From the NCBI GenBank assembly GCA_013205405.1, contig JABMMZ010000065.1, positions 3,252 to 67,251 of the forward strand: a DNA stretch of 64,000 bases. Reading direction: 5' to 3'. Position numbers and translations under genes: made by a program. Within the stretch, counting starts at the first letter, position 1; each line of letters opens with the position of its first letter. Source of the stretch: Bacteroidota bacterium. Lineage in GTDB: Bacteria; Bacteroidota; Bacteroidia; NS11-12g; UBA955. The notes under the pieces were generated by a model that worked only from the letters and a program-made list of their open reading frames with translations, made no database searches and was not told the DNA's origin. This document shows positions 27,036 through 37,118 of this stretch, one piece after another.

Positions 27036-30000
27036 ACTACAACATTCACAATTCTACCTTTTACTACTATTATCTTTTTAGGGGCTTTGCCTTCTAAGTA
27101 TTTTTGAGTTTGCTCGTTTGCAATTACTTCATTTTCAATCTCTTTTAGATCTTTATCTAAAGCAAAATTGAGATTGAATTTTACCTTGCCATTAAATGAA
27201 ATAGGGTAATTAAATTCATTTTCTATTAAATATTCAGCATTAAATAATGGCCATTCGGCTTTTTCTATACTTTGTTGGTTACCACATAATTTATAAAGTT
27301 CTTCAGTAATATGCGGTGCATAAGGCGATAATAAAATAATAAATTTTTCTAAAATGGCCAATTTATTACACTTTAAATCTTGCAACTCGTTTACACATAC
27401 CATAAAGGCACTAACAGAGGTATTAAAGCTAAAATTTTCTATGTCTTCTGTAGCTTTTTTGATAGTTTTGTGTAAAATTTTAAGTTCAGCTTTTGTAGGT
27501 TCCTCTTGACTAATTGCAAAATCTTCGTTGGCATTATTGTGAAATAAACGCCAAGTTTTTTTCAAAAAGCGGTGAACGCCTTCAATGCCCTGTGTACTCC
27601 ATGGTTTGGCATCTTGCAATGGCCCTAAAAACATCTCATATAAACGCAAAGTATCTGCACCATATTGAATACAAATATCATCGGGGTTTACTACGTTATG
27701 CCAACGTTTGGACATTTTGCCTACTTCATTTCCACACAATAATTTGCCATCTTCTAGCTCAAATTCTGCATTTTGAAATTCAGAAGGACGCCATTTTTTT
27801 AAGCCTTCGATATTTACTACATTATTTGAAACTAAATTAATATCTATATGTATTGGAGTAGTTTGATAATTATCTTTTAACCCAAACGAAATAAATTTAT
27901 TTTCCTCATTTACTCTATATATGAGCATTGACATACCTTGTATCATTCCTTGATTTACCAATTTCTTAAATGGTTCTTCAAAAGGAACAATGCCTATATC
28001 TTTTAAAAATTTACACCAAAAACGGCTATACAATAAATGCCCTACTGCATGTTCGCTACCGCCAATGTATAAATCTACATTTTGCCAATAATTAATCGCA
28101 TTTTTATTAGCCAATGCTTCCGTATTATTAGCATCCATATACCTTAAATAATACCATGATGATCCTGCCCATCCTGGCATAGTAGTGTTTTCTAGAGGAT
28201 TGCCTTTGTATTGCCAATTATCTGCTCGTGCCAATGGTGGTTCGCCTGTTTCGGTAGGTAAATATTTATCTACTTTTGGCAATATTAGAGGCAAATCACT
28301 TTCATCCATTGTTTTGGGTATGCCATTATCATAATAAACTGGAATAGGCTCTCCCCAGTATCTTTGGCGCCCAAATACAGCATCTCGCAATCTAAAATTA
28401 ATTTTACCCTTACCTAATTGTTTTTCTTCTATAGTTTGTATGGCTTTCTTAATAGCATCTTTTACGTCTAAGTCATTCAAAAAATCAGAATTTATCATTT
28501 TACCAATTTTTAGATCATAGGAGGCCCCTCCAAAATCCTCCCCAATAAGGAGGACTTCCTTTTCTGGTAAAACTACTTCTTTAATAGGCAAATTAAAATG
28601 TTTTGCAAAAGCATAATCTCTGCTATCATGCGCTGGAACGGCCATTACAGCGCCTGTGCCATAGCCTGCTAGTACATAATCGCCTATCCAAATAGGTATT
28701 TGTTTACCAGTAAAAGGATGCTTAGCATAAGTTCCAGAAAATACGCCTGTAATATTTTTAACATCAGCTTGTCTTTCTCTTTCACTGCGTTTTTTGGTGG
28801 TATTTATATACTCTAATACTGGTTCTAAATAATCTTTATGCGTAATTTGTAATACCAATTCATTTTCTGGCGCTAATGTTAAATATGAAACACCAAAAAT
28901 AGTATCTGGACGAGTAGTAAAAACTTCAATAAAAAAAGAATTTTCAATTGGGTTATCGATATTATTTTCTAAAGTATATATTTCCTTTGCCTCATCCTCC
29001 TTATTATCGGAGCGGGCTTTTATCCCCTTTTCCGCAGTAGAATTGCAACTCGGTTTGTAGTATTTTATAAAATCTTTTATTTTGTTTAAAACACTTTCAA
29101 CATTATTTGTGATTTCATCATTTGTGAATCTTAATATCTTAAATCCTAGTTCATTTAATATTAATGTTCTATTCTCATCTGAGATAATATTATCAGGTAA
29201 ACTATGAATTAATCCATCTATTTCTAATATTAAAGAATATTCGAACGATACAAAATCAACAATAAATTTATTGATAATATATTGCTTTCTGAATTTTATG
29301 TTTTCAAATTGTCTATCCCTTAAAATTTTCCATAAAATGTCTTCTTCCTTAGTAGGATTTTCTTTTTGGGTTTTGGCTAATTTTATAAGTTTGTGGTAAG
29401 TATCTTTGTCTGCTGCTTCAAACGACACACTGCTATTTTTTGCTTTGGAAGGTGCTTTAACTATTTCCCCACTATTGTTGATAGGTATTTGAGTTAAAAC
29501 ATTTGAATCCACCTCAAACTTTATAGAACATCCTTCGCTTTTCCCTATCCAATTGCGTTGGGCTTCCTTAATACTATCTGTCCAATCTAGGGTTTCTAAA
29601 TCATTTAATAGTCTATCGGCATAAGCTGAAATTCTTAAACTCCATTGACTCATCAATTTTCTTTCTACAGGATAACCGCCTCTTTCGCTTACGCCTTCTT
29701 TTATTTCATCATTGGCTAATACAGAACCCAGAGCAGGACACCAATTCACCATTATTTCGCTTAAGAAGGCCAATCTAAAATTGAGCAATTCACCCGTCTT
29801 TTGTTTTTCTGTAAATTTTCTCCATTCAAGCTTAGTAAAATTTATTTTGTCAGATTGGTAACCATTCTTTTCAAATATTTTAATTAAAGATGAAATATCT
29901 TCTGCTTTATTGGTTTTTGGATTATACCAACTATTAAATAATTGAATAAAAATCCATTGTGTCCACTTGTAATAATCAGGGTTTGAAGTTCTAATTTCTT

Positions 30001-30367
30001 TATCCCAATCAAAAGAAAATCCTATTCTATCTAATTGTTTGCGGTAACGTATTATATTCTCATGTGTAGTAATAGCAGGATGTTGTCCTGTTTGAATAGC
30101 ATATTGCTCGGCAGGTAATCCAAAGGCATCATATCCCATGGGGTGCAGCACATTAAATCCTTTGTGGCGTTTAAAGCGAGACACAATATCGCTAGCAATA
30201 TAGCCAAGTGGATGGCCAACGTGTAAGCCTGCACCACTAGGATAAGGAAACATATCTAATACATAGTACTTGGGTTTATCCGAAATATTTTCTGCTTTGA
30301 ATGTTTTATTTTCTGCCCAGTATTTCTGCCAGTTTTCTTCTATTGAATTAAAATGATAAGATGCCAT
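27032..30367 (-). CDS. leuS: leucine--tRNA ligase carrying an in-frame insertion of ~190 aa that contains a DUF559 (Vsr-like endonuclease) domain
   Basis: 1111 aa with HIGH-type motif [11 protein letters not shown], the CP1 entry TTRPDTIFG, and KMSKS as GKMSKRW. Residues about 287-477 (nt 28937-29509) interrupt the short linker between [15 protein letters not shown] and [12 protein letters not shown]. Confidence 0.93.
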   Translation of the reverse strand: MASYHFNSIEENWQKYWAENKTFKAENISDKPKYYVLDMFPYPSGAGLHVGHPLGYIASDIVSRFKRHKGFNVLHPMGYDAFGLPAEQYAIQTGQHPAITTHENIIRYRKQLDRIGFSFDWDKEIRTSNPDYYKWTQWIFIQLFNSWYNPKTNKAEDISSLIKIFEKNGYQSDKINFTKLEWRKFTEKQKTGELLNFRLAFLSEIMVNWCPALGSVLANDEIKEGVSERGGYPVERKLMSQWSLRISAYADRLLNDLETLDWTDSIKEAQRNWIGKSEGCSIKFEVDSNVLTQIPINNSGEIVKAPSKAKNSSVSFEAADKDTYHKLIKLAKTQKENPTKEEDILWKILRDRQFENIKFRKQYIINKFIVDFVSFEYSLILEIDGLIHSLPDNIISDENRTLILNELGFKILRFTNDEITNNVESVLNKIKDFIKYYKPSCNSTAEKGIKARSDNKEDEAKEIYTLENNIDNPIENSFFIEVFTTRPDTIFGVSYLTLAPENELVLQITHKDYLEPVLEYINTTKKRSERERQADVKNITGVFSGTYAKHPFTGKQIPIWIGDYVLAGYGTGAVMAVPAHDSRDYAFAKHFNLPIKEVVLPEKEVLLIGEDFGGASYDLKIGKMINSDFLNDLDVKDAIKKAIQTIEEKQLGKGKINFRLRDAVFGRQRYWGEPIPVYYDNGIPKTMDESDLPLILPKVDKYLPTETGEPPLARADNWQYKGNPLENTTMPGWAGSSWYYLRYMDANNTEALANKNAINYWQNVDLYIGGSEHAVGHLLYSRFWCKFLKDIGIVPFEEPFKKLVNQGMIQGMSMLIYRVNEENKFISFGLKDNYQTTPIHIDINLVSNNVVNIEGLKKWRPSEFQNAEFELEDGKLLCGNEVGKMSKRWHNVVNPDDICIQYGADTLRLYEMFLGPLQDAKPWSTQGIEGVHRFLKKTWRLFHNNANEDFAISQEEPTKAELKILHKTIKKATEDIENFSFNTSVSAFMVCVNELQDLKCNKLAILEKFIILLSPYAPHITEELYKLCGNQQSIEKAEWPLFNAEYLIENEFNYPISFNGKVKFNLNFALDKDLKEIENEVIANEQTQKYLEGKAPKKIIVVKGRIVNVVV
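29063..29395 (-). other. DUF559 / very-short-patch-repair-endonuclease-like domain embedded in leuS
   Basis: The sequence [99 protein letters not shown] matches the DUF559 pattern (NPT..E..LW..LR......F.RQ.....Y.vDF......l.iElDG..H.......D..R...L...G..vlRF.N.ev). Confidence 0.8.
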
Positions 30368-30380
30368 AATTTACAAAGTG

Positions 30381-30388
30381 CAAAAATA
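30381..30388 (-). promoter_or_regulatory. -7 promoter element (TAnnTTTG) for leuS
   Basis: The minus strand reads TATTTTTG, 13 nt upstream of ATG 30367. Confidence 0.45.
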
Positions 30389-30469
30389 ACAGAAATAAAC
30401 AGATGGGGACAATTACAATTAAAGAAATTATACAAATTAAATAATGTAATGTAAATTGCGCCTTATATT

Positions 30470-31348
30470 TTGGATACAAACAAAACTTATAAAAAACGTA
30501 CTTCATTTTGGCCTACTATTATTAGTATGTCGCTTGTATTGTTCATTATTGGGCTTATAGGGCTTATTAGTATTCATACCAAACAGTTACTATCGCATTA
30601 TAGAAATAATTTTGAAGTTTATGTATATTTTACTTTAGAAACAACTGCAGAGCAAGCGAAAGCAAGCGAAGTGGAAATAAAAAAATTGACTTTTGTTAAT
30701 AGTTCCACATTTTTAGACAAGGAAATAGTCGCACGTAAGGAAATTCAATCTACTGGCAACGACTTTATAAAAACTTTAGGATATAATCCATTTCCTCATA
30801 GTTTAGAAGTACACATTAATGCAGAAATGGTAGATGCTCAAACAATGACTAATGTAGAAAAAGCATTAAGAAAAATAGCCAATGTAGATGATGTAAAATA
30901 TGCAAAGAATGAATTTGGAAAAGATTTATTGACTCAGATAAATACTAACTTTAAAACTGTAGAGTTGGTATTATTAGCCATTGCCGTAATATTGCTATTA
31001 ATTGCAATTGCTTTAATTAATAGCACTGTTAGACTTAATATGTTTGCCCGAAGATTTATAATCAAAAGTATGCAGTATGTAGGCGCTTCCGATTGGTTTA
31101 TTATTAAGCCATTTATTGGCATGTATTTAACCTATGCAATAGTCTCTTCGCTTATTGCTATTGGCCTGTTAGGCAGCATTGTTTACTTATTCGAAAAACA
31201 AATGAATGAGAGTAATTGGCAATTATTTTTACCTCAATATGGATTACTAGCAGGATTTTTACTACTTTTGGCAATTGTAATTGTACTTGCAAGTGTATTT
31301 TTCTCAACAAGACGTTACTTAAAATTAAAAATAGACCAATTATATTAA
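30470..31348 (+). CDS. ftsX: cell-division ABC-transporter permease FtsX
   Basis: 292 aa with one N-terminal TM, a periplasmic domain, then three C-terminal TM helices. Its size and topology are typical of FtsX. The start is a TTG. Confidence 0.75.
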   Translation: MDTNKTYKKRTSFWPTIISMSLVLFIIGLIGLISIHTKQLLSHYRNNFEVYVYFTLETTAEQAKASEVEIKKLTFVNSSTFLDKEIVARKEIQSTGNDFIKTLGYNPFPHSLEVHINAEMVDAQTMTNVEKALRKIANVDDVKYAKNEFGKDLLTQINTNFKTVELVLLAIAVILLLIAIALINSTVRLNMFARRFIIKSMQYVGASDWFIIKPFIGMYLTYAIVSSLIAIGLLGSIVYLFEKQMNESNWQLFLPQYGLLAGFLLLLAIVIVLASVFFSTRRYLKLKIDQLY

Positions 31349-31357
31349 TTAAAAATA

Positions 31358-31639
31358 ATGGCAACAGCAACTAAAAAACAACCAATTAAAGGTAAAACTC
31401 AACCTAAAACTGAGAACAAATTCTTTGTATTTAAAAAACAAAACTACATTTTATTAATAGCCAGTGTAGCAGTTATCATTATTGGATTTATAGTAATGGG
31501 CAGTGGCGAAGGTCAACCTTTTGATGCACCTATAAAAATAACAGTAGCGCCAATTATAGTAATGATAGGCTTTATATTGGGTGCTGTTTCAATATTGTAC
31601 ACGCCTAAGCAAGCAGAAAGCAATAACAATCCTGAGTAA
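31358..31639 (+). CDS. small membrane protein (DUF3098-like)
   Basis: 93 aa with a basic N-terminus and two TM helices. It lies directly after ftsX, the usual Bacteroidota neighbourhood for DUF3098 as I recall. Confidence 0.5.
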   Translation: MATATKKQPIKGKTQPKTENKFFVFKKQNYILLIASVAVIIIGFIVMGSGEGQPFDAPIKITVAPIIVMIGFILGAVSILYTPKQAESNNNPE

Positions 31640-31654
31640 TTTTATATTTCAGGT

Positions 31655-32422
31655 GTGAATATTATTTATTCTATTTTAATAGGTATTATAGAGGGCTTAA
31701 CAGAATTTTTACCTGTTTCTTCTACTGGTCATATGATATTAACCGAGTGGTTATTAAAACTCAATACTTCCGAATTTCTTAAATTATTTACAGTTGCTAT
31801 TCAATTAGGAGCCATATTAGCCGTAGTAGTATTGTATTGGAAACGCTTTTTTAAATCTATTGATTTTTACCTTAAATTGTTAGTTGCTTTTATACCATCG
31901 GCCGTTATTGGTTTTTTATTTAATGATACCATTGATGCGCTTTTAGAAAGTCCGCTTACGGTAGCTATAGCATTGGTTTTAGGAGGTATTGTATTATTGT
32001 TTACAGATAAATGGTTTGAAAAAAATAGTGAAGTAGAGCAAGAGGTATCCTACTTACAAGCATTAAAAATAGGGGCGTTTCAAATAATGGCTTTGGTACC
32101 AGGTGTGTCTAGAAGCGGTGCTACTATTTTTGGTGGGTTGCAGCAGACCTTATCGCGCAAGCAAGCAGCAGAGTTTTCATTCTTTTTAGCGGTGCCTACC
32201 ATGTTGGCTGCTACAGGTTATAAGTTGTTAAAATATATAAAAGCCAATGGTATAAATGAAGAAGAAATAAAGCATTTGGCCATTGGCAATTTGGTTGCTT
32301 TTATAGTTGCTGTTATTGCCATTAAAGCCTTTATTGGTTTATTAAATAAATATGGATTTAGGCCTTTTGGCTATTACAGAATAATAGTTGGATTAGCTAT
32401 AATCGGGTTTTTATTATTTTGA
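31655..32422 (+). CDS. uppP: undecaprenyl-diphosphate phosphatase (BacA/UppP)
   Basis: 255 aa, polytopic, with motifs [11 protein letters not shown] and [10 protein letters not shown]. The start is a GTG. Confidence 0.9.
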   Translation: MNIIYSILIGIIEGLTEFLPVSSTGHMILTEWLLKLNTSEFLKLFTVAIQLGAILAVVVLYWKRFFKSIDFYLKLLVAFIPSAVIGFLFNDTIDALLESPLTVAIALVLGGIVLLFTDKWFEKNSEVEQEVSYLQALKIGAFQIMALVPGVSRSGATIFGGLQQTLSRKQAAEFSFFLAVPTMLAATGYKLLKYIKANGINEEEIKHLAIGNLVAFIVAVIAIKAFIGLLNKYGFRPFGYYRIIVGLAIIGFLLF

Positions 32423-32437
32423 CTTTATTATTCATTC

Positions 32438-33952
32438 TTAACTATTCCCTCCTTCTGCGCGCATTTGCGGAAAGAATAATACTTCTTGAATACTGGCTTG
32501 GTTGGTCATTAACATGGTAAGTCTATCTATACCAACGCCTAAACCGGCCGTAGGTGGCATACCGTATTCTAAAGCACGCAAGAAATCTTCATCTAAAGGC
32601 ATTGCCTCATCATCGCCTTTGCCTGCCAAGCGCAATTGGTCTTCAAAACGTTCACGTTGGTCAATAGGATCGTTTAATTCGGTATAGGCATTGGCTATTT
32701 CTTTGCCATTTACAAATAATTCAAAACGCTCTACTAAGCCCTCTGTAGTTCTATGCTTTTTGGTTAAAGGACTCATCTCTATAGGATAATCAGTAATAAA
32801 AGTAGGTTGTATGCAATGTTTTTCGCATTTGGCACCAAATATTTCGTCTACCAATTTGCCTTTCCCCATGCTGGCTTCTGTATGAATACCAAGGGTACGG
32901 CAAGTCTCTCGCAATTGCTCTTCATTCATAGCAGAAATATCTACACTTGTATGTTCCATAATGGCTTCAAACATTGTTAAACGTTTGTAAGGGCGAGCAA
33001 AACTAATGGTATTTTCGCCTACTACTAATTCGGTAGTTCCGTTTACATCTTTGGCTACATTTTCTATCATTATTTCGGTGTAGTCCATCATCCAGTTGTA
33101 ATCTTTATAAGCTACATAAATTTCTAAACCAGTAAATTCTGGATTATGTGTTCTATCTATTCCCTCGTTTCTAAAATTTTTAGCAAACTCAAATACGCCA
33201 TCAAAACCACCAACTATCAGGCGTTTTAAATACAATTCGTTGGCTATTCTTAAATACAAATCCATATCCAAGGCATTATGATGTGTAGTAAAAGGTCGTG
33301 CTGCGGCACCGCCATGAATGGCTTGTAAAATAGGGGTTTCTACTTCGTAATAACCATCATTAATAAAGGTATTTCTTAAGGATTGTAACACTTTGCTACG
33401 CTTAATAAATGTTTCTTTTACTTGCGGATTTACAACCAAATCTACATATCGCATGCGGTAACGCAACTCAGGGTCGGTAAAGGCATCATATATTACGCCA
33501 TCTTTTTCTTTAGGCAAAGGCAATGGATTTAAAGTTTTAGCCAATACTTTTAAAGAAGTAACATGTATAGAAATTTCGCCTGTTTGTGTTAAAAATACAT
33601 AACCCGTTATACCTATAAAATCACCAATATCTAACAATTTTTTAAATACATCATTATAAAGTGTTTTATCTTCGGTAGGGCATAGTTCGTCACGGTTTAA
33701 ATACAATTGTATTTTACCCGTACTATCTTGCAGCGTAGCAAAACTAGCCTTTCCCATCACTCTAAAAGTCATAATTCGGCCAGCAATACTAATATTTTGA
33801 TAGACTTCCTTATTGTTTTCAAAATTTTGCTTTATATCGGCAGAGTTGCCAGTTACTTCAAATAATTCTGGTGGATAAGGATTTATGCCTAAAGCTCTTA
33901 ACTGATCTAGTTTTTGTCTCCGTTGTATTTGTAATTCGTTTAATTCTGACAT
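32438..33952 (-). CDS. lysS: lysine--tRNA ligase (class II)
   Basis: 504 aa with an N-terminal OB-fold anticodon-binding region and class II motifs FRNEGID, ELNDP and GLGVGIDRL. Confidence 0.95.
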   Translation of the reverse strand: MSELNELQIQRRQKLDQLRALGINPYPPELFEVTGNSADIKQNFENNKEVYQNISIAGRIMTFRVMGKASFATLQDSTGKIQLYLNRDELCPTEDKTLYNDVFKKLLDIGDFIGITGYVFLTQTGEISIHVTSLKVLAKTLNPLPLPKEKDGVIYDAFTDPELRYRMRYVDLVVNPQVKETFIKRSKVLQSLRNTFINDGYYEVETPILQAIHGGAAARPFTTHHNALDMDLYLRIANELYLKRLIVGGFDGVFEFAKNFRNEGIDRTHNPEFTGLEIYVAYKDYNWMMDYTEIMIENVAKDVNGTTELVVGENTISFARPYKRLTMFEAIMEHTSVDISAMNEEQLRETCRTLGIHTEASMGKGKLVDEIFGAKCEKHCIQPTFITDYPIEMSPLTKKHRTTEGLVERFELFVNGKEIANAYTELNDPIDQRERFEDQLRLAGKGDDEAMPLDEDFLRALEYGMPPTAGLGVGIDRLTMLMTNQASIQEVLFFPQMRAEGGNS

Positions 33953-33970
33953 TTATTAAAAATAAGATTG

Positions 33971-33978
33971 CAAAAATA
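33971..33978 (-). promoter_or_regulatory. -7 promoter element (TAnnTTTG) for lysS
   Basis: The minus strand reads TATTTTTG, 18 nt upstream of ATG 33952. Confidence 0.45.
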
Positions 33979-34033
33979 GGACTAAATATTAATAAATTTT
34001 TACCTCTTTAGGCAACAAAAATCAATAAATATG

Positions 34034-34041
34034 TATCTTTG
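34034..34041 (+). promoter_or_regulatory. -7 promoter element (TAnnTTTG)
   Basis: TATCTTTG, 12 nt upstream of ATG 34054. Confidence 0.45.
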
Positions 34042-34053
34042 TTATAATAATAA

Positions 34054-37000
34054 ATGAATCAACGTATTAATAGTGTAACTTTAAATATAAAGTATTGTAT
34101 TGCGCATGCTATTATTTTAATATGCTTATTATTTACTGCTCATACCTCAGTATCTCAAAATTTATTAACTGAAAACAGAGGTCAACTGCCCTCTATTGTT
34201 AAGTATCATAAAACATTAAGCAATGGTTTTTTATATTACAAAGCCAAGGGTTTTACAACATTATTACGCAATAATAACCAATATGATAGCCTTTGGGAAC
34301 ATTTTCATTTCAATAAAAAATTGAAAAAAGAATTTAAAGTAAATTTTCACCGTTTCGATGTCAATTTTGAAAATGCCAACATGGCCGATATTGAAAACAA
34401 ATATCCTAATGTCACAAATTATAATTTTTTTATTGGAAAAGAGGCTAAAAATTGGGCTACCAATGTAAAAACTTACCATGAAATAATTTACCATAATATT
34501 TATTCAAATATAAACTTACAAGTTCAAAATTATGGCAAGGATGTAAAGCATAATTATGTTTTAAAACCCCAAGCAGCAGCCGAGCAAATTATATTAAGAT
34601 ACAGTTTTACAAATAAAATAGAGCTATTAAATAATCAATTAATTATTAGAACAAGCGTAGGTAAAGTAGTAGAACAAAAACCAATTACTTTTCAAATTAT
34701 CAATGGAGATTCTGTTTTTATAGATTGTAAATACATTTTAAAAAAGGATAAAGAGGATTACCTGGTATCTTTCAAACTGAGTACTTACAATAAAAATTAT
34801 GATTTAGTAATAGATCCTATTCTTGTATTTTCAACTTACAGTGGCAGTGCAGGCGATAATTTTGGATTTACAGCTACGCACGATAGTAGAGCAAACTTAT
34901 ACTCTGCCGGAATAGTAGATGGCGCACAAGGCATATTTCCTGTTACGGCAGGCGCCTTTCAAATGGTATATGGCGGCAGTTCTTCTGCAGGCAGAGCGCC
35001 TGCTAATTTAAAGTGTGATATTGGTATTAATAAATACGATAGTGCCGGAACCAGACTTTTGTACAGCACTTATTTAGGAGGCAATGACGATGAATATCCG
35101 CATAGCCTAGTAGTAGATAATAGCGATAATTTACTGGTAATGGGAACTACGTACAGTCGCAATTTTCCTTTAGATTCTTTTGGATACGATACCAGTTTTA
35201 ATGGCAATACCGATATTTTTATTGTGAAATTAAGTAGATTGGGAGATAAACTTTTAGCGGGAACATTTATTGGTGGCAATGATTTTGATGGTTTAAATAC
35301 CAGAAGCTTGCGCTATAATTATGCCGATGATTTTAGAGGTGATATTGTAGTAGATTCTGCAGATAATATATATGTTGCTAGCACAACTTATAGCAATAAT
35401 TTTCCTCAAAAAAAGGCCTTTCAAGCTTTCAAAGGCTCCACACAAGAAGGTTGTATTTTTAGTTTTGAAAAAACATTAAAAACTCTGCGTTTTAGTAGTT
35501 TTGCAGGCGGAAATGATGATGATGCTTGTTATTCTGTAAGACTATTTGATAGTTTTGTATATGTAGGTGGAGGCACAGCAAGTAGTTTTATGAATTTTAA
35601 TTTAAATGGCGCTAAAAATACTTATGGTGGCAAGCGAGATGGGTTTATTATTAAACTGAAAAATACAGGAGAATTTAGAAATAGTTCATACTTTGGAACC
35701 AACGAGTACGACCAAGTCCATTTTTTAGATATAGATGAGAATGGTCAGGTATATGCTGCCGGACAAACGGAAGGATTGGTAACCCGCACACCTGGCACTT
35801 ATGGCACAGATAATACAAGTCAATTTATTATTAGAATGTCGCCTAACTTAGCCAATGTAAACCTAAGTACCACTTTTGGCAATAGGTTAAATAATCCTGA
35901 AATTTCTCCTTCCGCATTTTTAGTAGATAAGTGCGAAAATATATATTTTTCAGGATGGGGAAGTCCTATTACTGACGGTACTTTACATAGATTAACTACC
36001 GATAAATTACCTGTTACAAGTGGTGCAATTCAAAGTATTACGGATAAAAGCGATTTCTACCTATTGGTGTTAAATAAAAATGCTAAAAGCCTATTATATG
36101 CTACCTATTTTGGCGGTAATAAAACAGAAGACCATGTAGATGGTGGTACCAGTAGGTTTGATAAAAAAGGAGTAGTATACCAAGCAGTATGTGCCAGTTG
36201 CCCCGATGGTGGAGGTAATCAAGATTTTCCGACAACAACGGGCGCGCCTTTTACCTCCAATCCTAGTCCAAGGTGCAGTAATGCTTCTTTTAAAATAGAT
36301 TTTCAGATTACCTTTCTAGTAGATGCTAAATTTATAGCTAATCCTGTAAAAGGCTGTGGACCCTTAAAGGTAACCTTTACAAATCAAAGTAAAAAAGCGA
36401 GGCAACAAGAGTGGGACTTTGGTGATGGCAGCCCTAAAGATACTGCTAGAAATCCGGTGCATACCTTTACCAAAAAAGGAAAATATATGGTTAAACTTAA
36501 AAGTATTGATAGTTTTAGCTGTAATATTTCTGAAAACGATAGTTTGGAAATAGAAGTTTTAGAAAGCCCAATTGCCGATTTTCAATATGAAGGTGATGTG
36601 TGTAATAGCAAAGTAAAATTTACTAACCAGTCATCCAATTATAAAAATCCTGAGTGGAATTTTGGTGACAGTGGAAATGCCATTACTAAAGAAGAAAATC
36701 CAACTCATTTGTATCAAAAAGATGGACGTTTTACGGTTCTATTAAAAGTAGAGCATCCTACAAGTGGTTGTATAGATACCCAAACTGCTGTAATTCAAAT
36801 ATTTAGCGATCCAAGTAAAAGTTTAAAAATACCCAATGTATTTACACCTAATGCTGATAATTTAAATGATTGCTACACTATAGACGGTGTTGACTTAGCT
36901 TGCGATAATGTAAAATGCTGGATTTATGACAGATGGGGCATTTTAGTATTTGAGGGCAAGCTACTTGAAAAATGTTGGAACGGACGATTGCAAAATTCTG

Positions 37001-37116
37001 GCCCATTAATGCCCGATGGAGTTTATTATTACCTTATGACTATAGAAAGAAAAAATACAAAGGAAGGCAATAAAATAATTAAAGTTAATGGCGTTATTCA
37101 TTTATTAAAAGGGTAA
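34054..37116 (+). CDS. large secreted protein: beta-propeller (SBBP-like) repeats, two PKD domains, and a gliding-motility-associated (T9SS type B) C-terminal domain
   Basis: 1020 aa. PKD signatures: GCGPLKVTFTNQS...WDFGDGS and KVKFTNQS...WNFGDSG. The C-terminus reads IPNVFTPNADNLNDCYTIDG...GVYYYLM. Confidence 0.8.
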   Translation: MNQRINSVTLNIKYCIAHAIILICLLFTAHTSVSQNLLTENRGQLPSIVKYHKTLSNGFLYYKAKGFTTLLRNNNQYDSLWEHFHFNKKLKKEFKVNFHRFDVNFENANMADIENKYPNVTNYNFFIGKEAKNWATNVKTYHEIIYHNIYSNINLQVQNYGKDVKHNYVLKPQAAAEQIILRYSFTNKIELLNNQLIIRTSVGKVVEQKPITFQIINGDSVFIDCKYILKKDKEDYLVSFKLSTYNKNYDLVIDPILVFSTYSGSAGDNFGFTATHDSRANLYSAGIVDGAQGIFPVTAGAFQMVYGGSSSAGRAPANLKCDIGINKYDSAGTRLLYSTYLGGNDDEYPHSLVVDNSDNLLVMGTTYSRNFPLDSFGYDTSFNGNTDIFIVKLSRLGDKLLAGTFIGGNDFDGLNTRSLRYNYADDFRGDIVVDSADNIYVASTTYSNNFPQKKAFQAFKGSTQEGCIFSFEKTLKTLRFSSFAGGNDDDACYSVRLFDSFVYVGGGTASSFMNFNLNGAKNTYGGKRDGFIIKLKNTGEFRNSSYFGTNEYDQVHFLDIDENGQVYAAGQTEGLVTRTPGTYGTDNTSQFIIRMSPNLANVNLSTTFGNRLNNPEISPSAFLVDKCENIYFSGWGSPITDGTLHRLTTDKLPVTSGAIQSITDKSDFYLLVLNKNAKSLLYATYFGGNKTEDHVDGGTSRFDKKGVVYQAVCASCPDGGGNQDFPTTTGAPFTSNPSPRCSNASFKIDFQITFLVDAKFIANPVKGCGPLKVTFTNQSKKARQQEWDFGDGSPKDTARNPVHTFTKKGKYMVKLKSIDSFSCNISENDSLEIEVLESPIADFQYEGDVCNSKVKFTNQSSNYKNPEWNFGDSGNAITKEENPTHLYQKDGRFTVLLKVEHPTSGCIDTQTAVIQIFSDPSKSLKIPNVFTPNADNLNDCYTIDGVDLACDNVKCWIYDRWGILVFEGKLLEKCWNGRLQNSGPLMPDGVYYYLMTIERKNTKEGNKIIKVNGVIHLLKG

Positions 37117-37118
37117 TA

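Noticed and set aside
28937-29509. The LeuRS insertion as an intein
   Set aside because: There is no Cys/Ser/Thr nucleophile at the N-terminal junction, no His-Asn followed by Cys/Ser/Thr at the C-terminal junction, and there are no Hint-domain blocks. The embedded domain is DUF559/Vsr-like rather than LAGLIDADG or HNH. I treat it as a non-spliced in-frame domain insertion.
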